Below, one piece after another: positions 28,166-40,272 of a stretch of DNA of 60,117 bases. The position numbers and the translations under genes are program-made. Source of the DNA: Candidatus Binatia bacterium (GTDB lineage Bacteria; Desulfobacterota; Binatia; UBA12015). The notes under the pieces were generated by a model that did no database searches, was not told where the DNA came from, and saw only the letters and a list, made by a program, of their open reading frames with translations. Within the stretch, counting starts at the first letter, position 1; every line of letters begins with the position of its first letter. The DNA is taken from positions 1 through 60,117 of the forward strand of contig JAIEPK010000090.1 in NCBI GenBank assembly GCA_019749875.1, written 5' to 3'.

Positions 28166-29293
28166 TCAACGCACGGCCTCCATCACCAGATCGTGGATCC
28201 GCGGCCGGCACTCGACGATCTTGTCGTTGTCGCGCGTCGGGTGCACGCGGTTGCTGAGCAGGACGACGTCGATGCCGCGCTCCAGGTCCATCCACAGCGA
28301 CACGCCGGTGAAGCCGAGGTGTCCGACGGTGTGCGGCGACATCTCGGTGCCCGCGAGCGAGCGCTGCGGCGACGGCGAGTCCCAGCCGAGCGCCCGCGTC
28401 GAGCCCGGGATCGTCGTGTCGACGGTCCACATGCGATCGACCAACTCCTTCGGCAGGATGCCGGGCGCACCGCCGGCGATCGCCTTCAGGTGGTTCGCGA
28501 TCGCATCGACCTCGCGCGCCGTGCCGAACAGGCCGGCGTGACCGGCGACCCCGCCCATCGCGTAGGCATTCTCGTCGTCGACCTCGCCGCACAGCAAGCG
28601 CTTGCGCCACGGACAGCGCTGCGTCGGCGCGATCATGTCGCGGATCGGCTCGACGCGCTTCTGGCGCAGCTGCGACAGATCGACGAAGGCGGTCGACGTG
28701 AGCCCGAGCGGTGCGAAGATACGCGCCTGGCAGAAGCGGTCGAGCGTCTGTCCCGAAACCGTCTCGACCACCTGCCCGAGGACCATGAAGCCCAGATCGC
28801 TGTACGTGACGCGCGTGCCGGGGGGCGCCTCGAGCTTCTCGCGGTGCACCTGCTCATAGACCCACTCCTTCGCTTCCCGGCTCGCGACGAAGTTCGGCCG
28901 ACCCTTCTTCTCGAGCGCCGCGACGTCCTTGAAGTACGGCCGATGCGCCGCGAGGCCGGACGAGTGCGTGAGCAGGTGGCGGAACGTCACGTGCGTCTTC
29001 CCGTGCACGCCGAAGTTGTGGAAGAAGCGCGTCACGCGGTCGTCGAGGGTGAGCCGGCGCTCGTACACGAGCATCATCACGGCGAGCGTCGTCGCGAGCG
29101 GCTTGGTGAGCGACGACAGGTCGAAGACCACCTCGGGGCGCATCGGCATGCGCTCGGGCTCGAGCGCACGGAAGCCGACCGCGCGCTCGAGCAACGTCTC
29201 GCCGTTACGGCTGACGAGCAGGACGGCGCCCGGGAAGACGCCGCGCTGCACCGCGTCCTCGAGAGCGTGCTCGACCGGTGCGAAGTCCATCAC
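28166..29293 (-). CDS. Serine hydrolase, beta-lactamase family (AmiE/NamZ-associated type)
   Basis: FDLSSLTK (SxxK), LLTHSSGL, YSDLGF, GEVDDENA, GHAGLFGT, GHLGFTG and SNRVHP. Confidence 0.9.
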   Translation of the reverse strand: MMDFAPVEHALEDAVQRGVFPGAVLLVSRNGETLLERAVGFRALEPERMPMRPEVVFDLSSLTKPLATTLAVMMLVYERRLTLDDRVTRFFHNFGVHGKTHVTFRHLLTHSSGLAAHRPYFKDVAALEKKGRPNFVASREAKEWVYEQVHREKLEAPPGTRVTYSDLGFMVLGQVVETVSGQTLDRFCQARIFAPLGLTSTAFVDLSQLRQKRVEPIRDMIAPTQRCPWRKRLLCGEVDDENAYAMGGVAGHAGLFGTAREVDAIANHLKAIAGGAPGILPKELVDRMWTVDTTIPGSTRALGWDSPSPQRSLAGTEMSPHTVGHLGFTGVSLWMDLERGIDVVLLSNRVHPTRDNDKIVECRPRIHDLVMEAVR

Positions 29294-29541
29294 GACACGA
29301 GCAGCTCGACGCCTGGCAGCACGGCGCCTTCGACGGCGCGCGCCGCCATCCCTTCGATCCGAGCACGCGCGGGGACACCCCGCAGCGGCAGACGCCGACG
29401 GTCCGAGGCACGGAGAACGACCGCGAGCTGGATCGCGCCATACCCGAGGCGGGTGCGATCGGATCGGCCCGAAGGCGTCGCCGCCGGCACCCGGTCGCCC
29501 GGGCGCAGTGCTGCCGGCTCGCTCAGCCTCGCTGCATCCAT
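29290..29541 (-). pseudogene. Internally deleted remnant of an LD-carboxypeptidase (S66)
   Basis: 83-aa ORF starting PAALRPGDRVPAATPSGRSDRTRL, similar to the LdcA N-terminus P..L.PGD.V...APSG..D..RL; catalytic core absent; stop overlaps the serine hydrolase GTG. Confidence 0.55.
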
Positions 29542-29715
29542 GCCCCGTCTACCCCACCGCACGAAGTCGCGCCGTTGCCCTAGACAACACACCCGCACGT
29601 GGGAGTCGAGACCGCTCCTCCTGCGGTTGAAAAGGCTCCCTCGCGTGGTAGGCCGAGCCGAGGCGACGCGGCACCGTAACGCGCGTTCGAGCGAAGGCGT
29701 CGCCACCCGACCGTC

Positions 29716-30003
29716 GTGCGGATGTCCTCTCAGCAGCTGTTCACCCTGGGGCGAACCATCGTCGACGCACTGGTGCGCGCGGACCTCGTGACGCTCGCAG
29801 GACCAGCGGACAACGCGGCGAAGGCGATCGCCGACGAGGTCGAGTCGTACCAGAAGGCCGCCGCGAAACTCGACGCCGATGCCGAGCAGATGGCCGACGA
29901 CCACCTGCGTCAGCTGCGCGCGGGGAGCGCCGGCATCGATCGCCACCGGGTCGTCCAGATGATCCGCACCAAGCTCGCTCAGGAGCGGGGACTCCCGGTC
30001 TGA
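29716..30003 (+). CDS. DUF507-like protein
   Basis: MRMS..Q...L...IVDAL and C-terminal IRTKLAQERG pattern; tandem with a paralog-like neighbour. Confidence 0.6.
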   Translation: MRMSSQQLFTLGRTIVDALVRADLVTLAGPADNAAKAIADEVESYQKAAAKLDADAEQMADDHLRQLRAGSAGIDRHRVVQMIRTKLAQERGLPV

Positions 30004-30005
30004 AC

Positions 30006-30275
30006 ATGCGCCTGAGCGAAGCACTCACGTCGCACCTCGCGCACCGTGCGCTCGAGGCGCTCCGCAAGTCGGGAGCGAAGATCCGCAACGACCGTCTGGC
30101 GCTCGCCGAGATCAAGAAGGCGCTCGGCCAGACCCTCGACCGCGACCCGCGCATCGACGAAGCGGTGCAGCGGCGCATCGCTTCGTTGAGCCGGTCCGTA
30201 CCCGTCGGCAGCGCGGAGTACGAGGTCCTGTACCGCCAGTACTACGAGCAGGAGATGGCCAAGCGACGCCGCTGA
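30006..30275 (+). CDS. DUF507-like protein
   Basis: MRLSE...HLAH and IDEAVQRRIASLSRSVPVGSAEYEVLYRQYYEQEM. Confidence 0.75.
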   Translation: MRLSEALTSHLAHRALEALRKSGAKIRNDRLALAEIKKALGQTLDRDPRIDEAVQRRIASLSRSVPVGSAEYEVLYRQYYEQEMAKRRR

Positions 30276-30294
30276 AGAAGCGCGTCGCGATCTC

Positions 30295-30322
30295 TTGACA
30301 CCCCATCGGTCGTGGTTACTTC
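30295..30322 (+). promoter_or_regulatory. Candidate sigma70 promoter of groES-groEL
   Basis: Perfect TTGACA at 30295; weak -10 region (TGGTTACTT) 15-16 nt downstream. Confidence 0.4.
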
Positions 30323-30424
30323 CGCTGCCGTCTTGGTGGGGATTCGCCCGCCCCGGGCGAGCTTCGACCACTACCGAGCAAGATCGATTCTTCGCGAATC
30401 ACGTCTGAAAGGAGAGGGAACTAG

Positions 30425-30712
30425 ATGAAGATCCGACCGTTGCAGGACCGCGTCATCGTGAAGCGGGTCGCAGAGGAGGAGAAGTCGAAGGGTGGCATCA
30501 TCATCCCCGACACGGCGAAGGAGAAGCCGCAGGAGGGGAAGGTCGTGGCCGTGGGCAAGGGCAAGGTGGGCGAGGACGGCACCGTCCGTCCGCTCGACGT
30601 CAAGGCCGGCGACCGCATCCTCTTCGGCAAGTACTCCGGCACCGAGATCAAGATCGACGGCGAGGAGCACCTGATCCTGCGCGAGGACGACATCCTCGGC
30701 GTCCTCGAGTGA
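30425..30712 (+). CDS. groES: Co-chaperonin GroES
   Basis: [30 protein letters not shown] and FGKYSGTE. Confidence 0.98.
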   Translation: MKIRPLQDRVIVKRVAEEEKSKGGIIIPDTAKEKPQEGKVVAVGKGKVGEDGTVRPLDVKAGDRILFGKYSGTEIKIDGEEHLILREDDILGVLE

Positions 30713-30750
30713 CGTCGGACCGATCCGTCTCCAGACAGCGCGTCAGCTGA

Positions 30751-32436
<1,686 letters not shown>

Positions 32437-32459
32437 GCCGTCCCGTCACCACGGGTGGG

Positions 32460-32495
32460 AGAGGGCGTGGGGCGACCCACGCCCTCTTTCCGTTT
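32460..32495 (+). terminator. Intrinsic terminator after groEL
   Basis: AGAGGGCGTGGG-GCGA-CCCACGCCCTCT hairpin followed by TTCCGTTT. Confidence 0.8.
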
Positions 32496-32508
32496 ACGGA
32501 TCTGGCGA

Positions 32509-32537
32509 TTGACTTCAGATCGGGTGCTCACTAGGGT
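32509..32537 (+). promoter_or_regulatory. Candidate sigma70 promoter of the ffh-rpsP operon
   Basis: TTGACT-N17-TAGGGT, 71 nt upstream of the ffh ATG. Confidence 0.5.
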
Positions 32538-32608
32538 CGGGCCCACCCCGCACTCCCGACATCACGGAAATCTCCGCCACCTGCCCGGGCGATCGGCTCG
32601 TTCGTTCC

Positions 32609-33955
32609 ATGTTCGATTCACTATCCGACAAGCTCGAAGGCGTCTTCCGGCGGATCCGCGGTACCGGAAAGCTGACCGAGGCCAACATCGAGGAGGCGAT
32701 GCGCGACGTGCGCATGGCGCTGCTCGAGGCCGACGTCCACTTCCAGGTCACCAAGTCCTTCATCGAGAAGGTCCGCGAACGTGCGCTGGGGCAAGAGGTG
32801 CTGCGCGCGCTGTCGCCCGAGCAGCACCTCATCAAGATCGTCCACGAGGAGCTCGTGGGTGTCATGGGCGGTGCGGCCGGCAAGCTCGAGCTGTCCGGAG
32901 ACGTGCCGGCCGTCATCATGCTCGTCGGCCTGCAGGGCTCCGGTAAGACGACCACCGCCGCGAAGCTCGCGAAGCATCTGCTGGATGCCCGTAAGCGCCG
33001 GCCTTACCTGGTCCCGCTCGACCTCTCGCGCCCGGCCGCGATCCAGCAGCTGAAGACCCTCGCGGCACAGGTCGGCGAGGGCTGCGGCGTGTACGACACG
33101 CCCGATCAGGGCGGGAACCCGGTGCAGATCGCGCGCGACGCGGTCACCAAGGCCCGCAATGCCGGCTTCGAGACCGTGATCCTCGACACCGCCGGCCGAC
33201 TCGCCATCGACGAGAAGCTGATGGGCGAGCTGCGGTCCGTCCGTGACGCCGTCAAGCCACGCCAGACGATCTTCGTCGCCGACGCGATGACCGGCCAGGA
33301 CGCGGTCGCGGTCGCGAAGGGCTTCCGCGACGGCGTCGGCATCGACGGCGTCGTGCTGTCGAAGATGGAAGGCGACGCCCGCGGCGGTGCAGCGCTGTCG
33401 ATCTACGCGACCGTCCAGAAGCCCCTGCTCTTCGTCGGCGTGGGCGAGAAGCTCGACGCGCTCGAGATCTTCCACCCCGACCGCGTCGCGTCGCGCATCC
33501 TCGGCATGGGCGACATGCTGTCGCTGATCGAGAAGGCGCAGTCGGCGTACGACCAGAAGCAGGCCGAGAAGCTCCAGGAAAAGCTCAAGAAGGACACCTT
33601 CACGCTCGAGGACTTCCGCGACCAGCTGCGCACCGTCAAGAAGATGGGCTCGGTCGCAGATCTGATCGGCATGATCCCGGGCATGAAGAAGTTCGCCAAG
33701 GGCAACGAGCTGGCGGGGGCCGACGACGAGTTGCGACGCATCGAGGCGATCATCAACTCGATGACCAAGCAGGAGCGCCGCGATCACCTGATCCTGAACG
33801 GCAGCCGGCGCAAGCGCATCGCGATCGGCAGCGGCACCAGCGTCGCCGAGGTCAACAAGTTCCTGAAGCAGTACCAGCAGGCCAAAAAGATGATGAAGTC
33901 CTTGAGTCGGGGAGCCGGCAAGGGGATTCTTGCCCAACTGCAGGGCGGGCGTTAA
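32609..33955 (+). CDS. ffh: Signal recognition particle protein
   Basis: ALLEADV, GLQGSGKTTT, DTAGR, DAMTGQDA, GDARGGAALS, SRILGMGD and AIINSMT..ER. Confidence 0.98.
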   Translation: MFDSLSDKLEGVFRRIRGTGKLTEANIEEAMRDVRMALLEADVHFQVTKSFIEKVRERALGQEVLRALSPEQHLIKIVHEELVGVMGGAAGKLELSGDVPAVIMLVGLQGSGKTTTAAKLAKHLLDARKRRPYLVPLDLSRPAAIQQLKTLAAQVGEGCGVYDTPDQGGNPVQIARDAVTKARNAGFETVILDTAGRLAIDEKLMGELRSVRDAVKPRQTIFVADAMTGQDAVAVAKGFRDGVGIDGVVLSKMEGDARGGAALSIYATVQKPLLFVGVGEKLDALEIFHPDRVASRILGMGDMLSLIEKAQSAYDQKQAEKLQEKLKKDTFTLEDFRDQLRTVKKMGSVADLIGMIPGMKKFAKGNELAGADDELRRIEAIINSMTKQERRDHLILNGSRRKRIAIGSGTSVAEVNKFLKQYQQAKKMMKSLSRGAGKGILAQLQGGR

Positions 33956-34067
33956 CAAGGACGGTTCCGGGCGGGATGCCCGGCTTCCCTGGTGCCCGCG
34001 CGGTGCCGGGCCGCACGCGCGGATTCGCGCGACCACGATCGACGTACCAGGACGCAAGGAGAAACCG

Positions 34068-34343
34068 ATGGCAACGAGAATCCGCCTGACCCGGCACGGA
34101 AGCAAGAAGCATCCGTTCTATCGCGTGGTTGCGGCAACCACCGAGGCACCGCGCGACGGCCGCTTCATCGAGCAGCTGGGTCACTACGACCCGACCCACG
34201 AGCCCGCGATCATCAACCTCAAGCTCGACAAGATCGAGACCTGGGTTCGCCGCGGCGCCCTGCCGACGCCGACCGTCGCCCGCCTGATGAAGAAGGCCGG
34301 GTGGAAGGGTCTGAGCCCGTCGGGCACGGCCTCCGAGGGCTGA
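34068..34343 (+). CDS. rpsP: 30S ribosomal protein S16
   Basis: AAGGAG RBS; IRLTRHGSKKHPFYRVV and PRDGRFIEQLGHYDP. Confidence 0.97.
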   Translation: MATRIRLTRHGSKKHPFYRVVAATTEAPRDGRFIEQLGHYDPTHEPAIINLKLDKIETWVRRGALPTPTVARLMKKAGWKGLSPSGTASEG

Positions 34344-34345
34344 AC

Positions 34346-34582
34346 ATGAAAGAGCTCGTCGAGATGCTGGCGAAACACCTCGTCAACCACCCGGACCAGG
34401 TCGAAGTGAAGGAGACCCAGGGTGACACGGCCTCGGTCATCGAGCTGCGGGTGGCGGTAGAGGATCTCGGCAGGATCATCGGCAAGCAGGGGCGGACGGC
34501 AAAGTCGATCCGCACCCTGGTCAACGCTGCGGCATCGCGCCTGAACCGCAAGGTCGTCCTCGAGATCATCGAAGACAAGTAA
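34346..34582 (+). CDS. khpA: KH domain RNA-binding protein KhpA
   Basis: MKELVE...LVNHPDQVEV and DLGRIIGKQGRTAKSIR (GxxG loop). Confidence 0.93.
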   Translation: MKELVEMLAKHLVNHPDQVEVKETQGDTASVIELRVAVEDLGRIIGKQGRTAKSIRTLVNAAASRLNRKVVLEIIEDK

Positions 34583-34591
34583 GCCACGCAG

Positions 34592-35149
34592 ATTCACACG
34601 ACCGACACCACCCCCAATTCTGCAACGCTCCCCGTCGGGAAGCTCGTCGCCGGCCACGGCGTTCGAGGCCTTGCACGGGTGAAGCCCTTCAATCCGACCT
34701 CCCCCACCCTGACGATCTGCGACCGGGTCTGGCTCGTGCATCCGACCTCCGGTCAGCGCTGCTCGTTCCGCGTCCGCGAGAAGCGCCGCCACAAGGGGCA
34801 CTTCCTGCTCGGCTTCGAGGGCATCGAGTCTCTGACCGCGCTCGAGCCGTGGATCGGCAGCTCCGTCGAGGCAGATGCCGACCGTGTTCCGGCAGCCGGT
34901 GCGGGTGAGGTCTACCACTTCGAGGTCGTCGGTCTCGAGGTCCGGACCGTCGCCGGGGAATCGCTCGGAACCGTCAGCGAGGTCATGGATCTGCCTGCCC
35001 AGGACGTGTGGGTGATCCGCGGCCGCCACGACGCGACCGGCAAGCCGCGCGAGATTCTGCTGCCCGCCGTCGAGCCGGTCGTTCGCGAGATCGACCTCGG
35101 TGCCCGGATCGCCATCGTCGATCCGCCCGCGGGACTCGTCGATCCCTGA
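34592..35149 (+). CDS. rimM: Ribosome maturation factor RimM (start uncertain, probably non-canonical)
   Basis: Conserved VGKLVAGHGVRGLARV lies upstream of the first GTG (34679); YHFEVVGLEV, LGTV.EV and EILLP; khpA-rimM-trmD synteny. Confidence 0.85.
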   Translation: MHTTDTTPNSATLPVGKLVAGHGVRGLARVKPFNPTSPTLTICDRVWLVHPTSGQRCSFRVREKRRHKGHFLLGFEGIESLTALEPWIGSSVEADADRVPAAGAGEVYHFEVVGLEVRTVAGESLGTVSEVMDLPAQDVWVIRGRHDATGKPREILLPAVEPVVREIDLGARIAIVDPPAGLVDP

Positions 35150-35159
35150 GCACGGCACG

Positions 35160-35879
35160 ATGCGGATCGACGTCCTGACGATCTTCCCCGAGTACTTCTC
35201 GGGGGTCTTGTCGACGAGCCTCCTCGGCAAGGCCGTCGCACGCGGCACCCTCGACGTGCGGCTGCACCAGCTGCGCGACTGGACCACCGACAAGCACCGA
35301 ACCGTGGACGATACGCCGTACGGCGGCGGTCACGGCATGGTGATGAAGATCGAGCCGCTGGTGACCGCGCTCGAAGCGATCAGCCCCCCCGGCGCGCACC
35401 GCGTCCTGTTCAGCCCTCGCGGCCACCGTTTCACCCAGTCGACGGCACACCGTCTCGCCGAGCTACCGTCGCTGGTCCTCGTCTGCGGTCGCTACGAGGG
35501 CGTGGACGAGCGCATCACGAGCTTCGTCGACGAGCAGCTCTGCGTCGGCGACTACGTCCTCTCCGGTGGTGAAGCCGCCGCCGCAGTCGTGATCGACTCC
35601 GTGTCGCGGCTGGTTCCCGGCGTGATCGGCAACGAGGGCTCGCTGCACGAGGAGTCGTTCAGCGCCGGGCTGCTCGAGTACCCGCAATACACGCGCCCCG
35701 AGGTCTTCCGCGACCTGCGCGTGCCGGACGTCCTCCTGTCGGGGAACCACGCCGAGGTCGCGCGCTGGCGCCGAGCCCAGGCCGAAGCCACGACCGCCAA
35801 ACGACGTCCCGACCTGCTCGCCGGCGCGGCCTCCGAGAGCCCGTCCGCGGCGCCCGCGACAGCGAAGAAAGACTCGTGA
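35160..35879 (+). CDS. trmD: tRNA (guanine-N1)-methyltransferase
   Basis: MRIDVLTIFPE, HRTVDDTPYGGG.GMVM, CGRYEGVDER, GDYVLSGGE and LLEYPQYTRP. Confidence 0.98.
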   Translation: MRIDVLTIFPEYFSGVLSTSLLGKAVARGTLDVRLHQLRDWTTDKHRTVDDTPYGGGHGMVMKIEPLVTALEAISPPGAHRVLFSPRGHRFTQSTAHRLAELPSLVLVCGRYEGVDERITSFVDEQLCVGDYVLSGGEAAAAVVIDSVSRLVPGVIGNEGSLHEESFSAGLLEYPQYTRPEVFRDLRVPDVLLSGNHAEVARWRRAQAEATTAKRRPDLLAGAASESPSAAPATAKKDS

Positions 35880-36439
35880 AATCGAGCCTTTATCTCGCCC
35901 TCGTGCACCATCCGGTGCTCGATCGGCAGGGCGCCATCGTGACCACGTCGATCACCAACATGGACGTGCACGACATCGCCCGCACCGGCCGGACATTCGG
36001 GGTGCGCAGGTTCTATGTCGTCCACCCCGTCCCGGGGCTGCGCTCGCTCGCACAACGCATCGTCGAGCACTGGCGAAGTGGGTACGGAAGTCGTTACAAC
36101 CCGTCGCGCCACGAGGCGCTGGGGCGTGTGGAGGTCGAGCCCGACCTCGACCACGTCATTGCCGCGGTGGAGCAGGACAGCGGCCGCATGCCGCGCCTGG
36201 TCGCCACCACGGCGCGCGAGCGTCCCGGGGCAATGCGGTACGACGAGTTGGCCAGGCACCTTGCCGAGGGCGAGGACGCCTGGCTGCTGCTTTTTGGAAC
36301 GGGATACGGTATGTCCGACGAGGTCTTCGATCGCTGCGAGGCGCACCTCGAGCCGGTTCACGGCGTCGACGGGTACAATCACCTCTCCGTGCGATCGGCG
36401 GCCGCGGTCATCCTCGACCGCTTGACGCGGTCGAGATGA
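35876..36439 (+). CDS. SPOUT-class RNA methyltransferase (trmD-associated)
   Basis: [32 protein letters not shown] and [17 protein letters not shown]. Confidence 0.88.
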   Translation: MKSSLYLALVHHPVLDRQGAIVTTSITNMDVHDIARTGRTFGVRRFYVVHPVPGLRSLAQRIVEHWRSGYGSRYNPSRHEALGRVEVEPDLDHVIAAVEQDSGRMPRLVATTARERPGAMRYDELARHLAEGEDAWLLLFGTGYGMSDEVFDRCEAHLEPVHGVDGYNHLSVRSAAAVILDRLTRSR

Positions 36440-36479
36440 ATCGGCCGGATCCAGAGCTCGCCTAGAAGGAAATCTCGAC

Positions 36480-36827
36480 ATGAACGTCATCGACGCAATC
36501 GAAGCGGAGCAGCTGCGCAGCGACATTCCCGCGTTCCGACCGGGCGACACCGTCCGCGTCCACGTGAAGGTCGTCGAGGGCGAGAAGGAGCGCATCCAGG
36601 TGTTCGAGGGTGCCGTCCTGCGCCGCAGCAACGGCGGCATCCGCGAGACGTTCACCGTGCGCAAGGTGTCGTACGGCGTTGGTGTCGAGCGCACGTTCCC
36701 GATCCACTCGCCGCGTATCGACAAGGTCGAGGTCGCGACGCGTGGCAAGGTCCGGCGCGCGAAGCTGTATTATCTCCGCGAGCTGTCCGGCAAGGCCGCG
36801 CGCATCAAGGAGGTCGGGCGTCGGTGA
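36480..36827 (+). CDS. rplS: 50S ribosomal protein L19
   Basis: [28 protein letters not shown] and [12 protein letters not shown]. Confidence 0.98.
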   Translation: MNVIDAIEAEQLRSDIPAFRPGDTVRVHVKVVEGEKERIQVFEGAVLRRSNGGIRETFTVRKVSYGVGVERTFPIHSPRIDKVEVATRGKVRRAKLYYLRELSGKAARIKEVGRR

Positions 36828-37249
36828 GCGACGAGCGCGAGCCCGGGCCGGTCGCTACGGCGAGCGATTCCGGCGAGCGCTTCAAGCACGAGATCGCGGC
36901 GGACGTCGCGATCAGCGGGCGCATCAGCTTCCCGGGCAACGCCCGCATCGACGGGCGCTTGACGGGCGAAGTCCGCGCCGACGCGCTGCTCGTCGTCGGC
37001 CCCACCGCGCATCTGCGCGCCGACGTGCGCGCGCACAACCTGGTGCTCTTCGGGACCATCGAGGGCACCGTCTGCCAGAGCGACGTCGTCGAGCTGAAGC
37101 CGGGCAGCCGGTTGATCGGCGGACTCGAGGCGACGCGCGTCGTGGTTCACGCCGGCGCGATCTTCGAGGGGCGCTGCTCGATCGGCAAGCGGCCGCCGTC
37201 GTCCTCCGACGGACGTACCGTCAAGCACGCCAAGGCCCGCGAAGCCTGA
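36824..37249 (+). CDS. Bactofilin (polymer-forming cytoskeletal protein)
   Basis: Beta-helix repeats [21 protein letters not shown]...GTIEGTV...GAIFEGRC. Confidence 0.85.
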   Translation: MSDEREPGPVATASDSGERFKHEIAADVAISGRISFPGNARIDGRLTGEVRADALLVVGPTAHLRADVRAHNLVLFGTIEGTVCQSDVVELKPGSRLIGGLEATRVVVHAGAIFEGRCSIGKRPPSSSDGRTVKHAKAREA

Positions 37250-37344
37250 GCAGCGTCCTTTCGCGTGGCTCCGGCCGAGCGGACGGGTTGGACTCTCTCA
37301 CGAACGGCGGCATGTCGGGCCCGCGACCGCCGCCGAGCCGGGTG

Positions 37345-38202
37345 CTACCGCAGCCCGGCCGCGGCAACCACGGCGAGCGACGCCTCCGCGAAGTTCATCG
37401 TGTACAGGTGGATTCCCGGCGCTCCCGCGCGCCGCAGCCCCTCGCACAGATTGACCGCGACGTCGACGCCGATCTCGCGCCGCGCCGCCACGTCGCTGCC
37501 GGCCTTCTCCAGACGGGTACGGATCTCGTCCGGAAATTCGGTCGCATTCGCGGCCGACATCCGTGCCACGCCGTCGGCGTTGGTCGGCGGCATGATGCCG
37601 GGAATCACCGGGGTGTGGACGCCGCGCTTCGCGAGCTCCTCGACGAAGCGCTCGTAGTGCTCGACGCGGAAGAAGAACTGCGTGATGGCGAAGTCCGCCT
37701 CGGCCAGCTTCGCCGCATGGTGGTCGAGATCGTCTTGCCGGCTGGACGCACGCGGGTGGCCCTCGGGGTGAGCCGCGACGCCGATCGAGAATGGTCCCCG
37801 CTGGCGGGCGAGCGCGGCCAGGTCGATCGCATACCGAAAGTGGCCGCTCGGGACGTCGACGGTGCCCTCGGGCAGGTCGCCGTGCAGGACCAGCAGGTTC
37901 TCGATCTCGTCCTCGCGGTAGTGGTCGATGATCGACGTGATCTCTTCGCGCGTGTGCGCGACGCAGGTCAGGTGCGGCATGGCCGTGATGTGCAGGCCGT
38001 GCTGGATGCGCGAGACCACTTCTGCCGTCGGCCCGCGCGTCGAGCCGCCGGCGCCGTAGGTCACGGACATGAAGCTCGGACGGAGCCGGGCGAGGCGCTC
38101 GAGCGCGCGCTCGAGGCGATCCGTGCCGGCGGGATCGCGCGGGGCGGAGAACTCGAACGAGAGGGTGGGGCCGGCAGCAAGCAGGTCGGCGATCTTCGCC
38201 AT
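37345..38202 (-). CDS. metF: 5,10-methylenetetrahydrofolate reductase
   Basis: LSFEFSAPR, FMSVTYGAGGST, PHLTCV, AAHPEGHP, AITQFFF, PGIMP and GIHLYTMN. Confidence 0.95.
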   Translation of the reverse strand: MAKIADLLAAGPTLSFEFSAPRDPAGTDRLERALERLARLRPSFMSVTYGAGGSTRGPTAEVVSRIQHGLHITAMPHLTCVAHTREEITSIIDHYREDEIENLLVLHGDLPEGTVDVPSGHFRYAIDLAALARQRGPFSIGVAAHPEGHPRASSRQDDLDHHAAKLAEADFAITQFFFRVEHYERFVEELAKRGVHTPVIPGIMPPTNADGVARMSAANATEFPDEIRTRLEKAGSDVAARREIGVDVAVNLCEGLRRAGAPGIHLYTMNFAEASLAVVAAAGLR

Positions 38203-38242
38203 CGGGAGATCCTGTAGGACGGGCGCGACGCGGTAAAGAGCT

Positions 38243-39258
<1,016 letters not shown>

Positions 39259-39262
<4 letters not shown>

Positions 39263-40272
39263 CGCGCCCCCCCGTCGAGGAGCGGGAAGTGACACGCGAC
39301 CGAGCGCCGTGCCGCGAGCGGAGACAACGCGGGATCGTCCGTCGCGCAGCGATCCGCCGCGCGTGGACAGCGATCACGAAAGCGACAGCCGGACGGCAGC
39401 GCGAGCAGATCCGGCACGCGACCCGGGATCGCCGTCAAGCGCTGCGCACGGTGCTCGAGCCGCGGCAGCGAGGCGAGCAAGGCCTGCGTGTACGGATGCG
39501 CCGGCGCCGCGAAGAGCTCGTCCGCCGGCGCATGCTCGACGATGCGCCCCGCGTACATGATCGCCACCTCGTCGGTCTCCGCCGCGACCACGCCGAGATC
39601 GTGCGTGATCAGCAGCAGGCTCATCCCGAGCCGGTCCTTCAGGCCGCGCAGCAGATCGAGGATCTGCGCCTGGATCGTGACGTCGAGCGCCGTCGTGGGC
39701 TCGTCGGCGATCAGCAGAGCCGGCTCGCACGAGATCGCCATCGCGATCATCACCCGCTGCTTCATGCCGCCCGACATCTCGTGCGGGTACGAGCGGGCGC
39801 GGCGCTCCGCGTCGGGGATCTCGACCAGGCGCAGCAGGTCGACGGCGCGGCTCCATGCCTCCGCGCGCGACAGACCACGGTGCAGGCGCAGCGCTTCCGC
39901 GACCTGCGCCCCGACGGTGAACACCGGGTTCAACGACGTCGACGGCTCCTGGAAGATCATCGCCACCCGCGCGCCGCGCAGCGTACGCATCTCGGCCTCG
40001 GGCAAAGGCAGCAGCGCGCGCCCCTCGAAGCGGATCGAGCCGGAGCGAATGCGTGCGTTCCCGTCGAGGAGCCGCAGGATGGCGAGCGACGTCACGCTCT
40101 TGCCGCACCCCGACTCGCCGACCAGACCGAGCGTCGCGCCTGGCGCGATCGCGAAGCTGACGCCGTCGATCGCACGCACCGTTCCACGCGGCGTCGTGAA
40201 CTCGACCACCAGATCGCGCACCTCGAGCAACGGCTCTGCGGCGGCCGGCGTGCGCTGCGTACGCGACGTCAC
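39259..40272 (-). CDS. Peptide/nickel ABC transporter ATP-binding protein (OppD/DppD-like)
   Basis: [37 protein letters not shown] and GCRFRDRC. Confidence 0.93.

Noticed and set aside
28166-29293. Beta-lactam resistance gene
   Set aside because: Motifs (GEVDDENA, YSD) and the mpl/ldcA context point to a murein-recycling serine hydrolase; no signal peptide
29716-30275. Two small tandem ORFs as a toxin-antitoxin pair
   Set aside because: Both resemble DUF507-type proteins, which commonly occur in tandem; no toxin motifs seen
33956-34067. Out-of-frame GGMPGFPG after the ffh stop, resembling an Ffh Gly/Met tail, or an SRP RNA
   Set aside because: Ffh is already complete through the M domain; the short match is compatible with chance in GC-rich DNA; no SRP RNA consensus recognised
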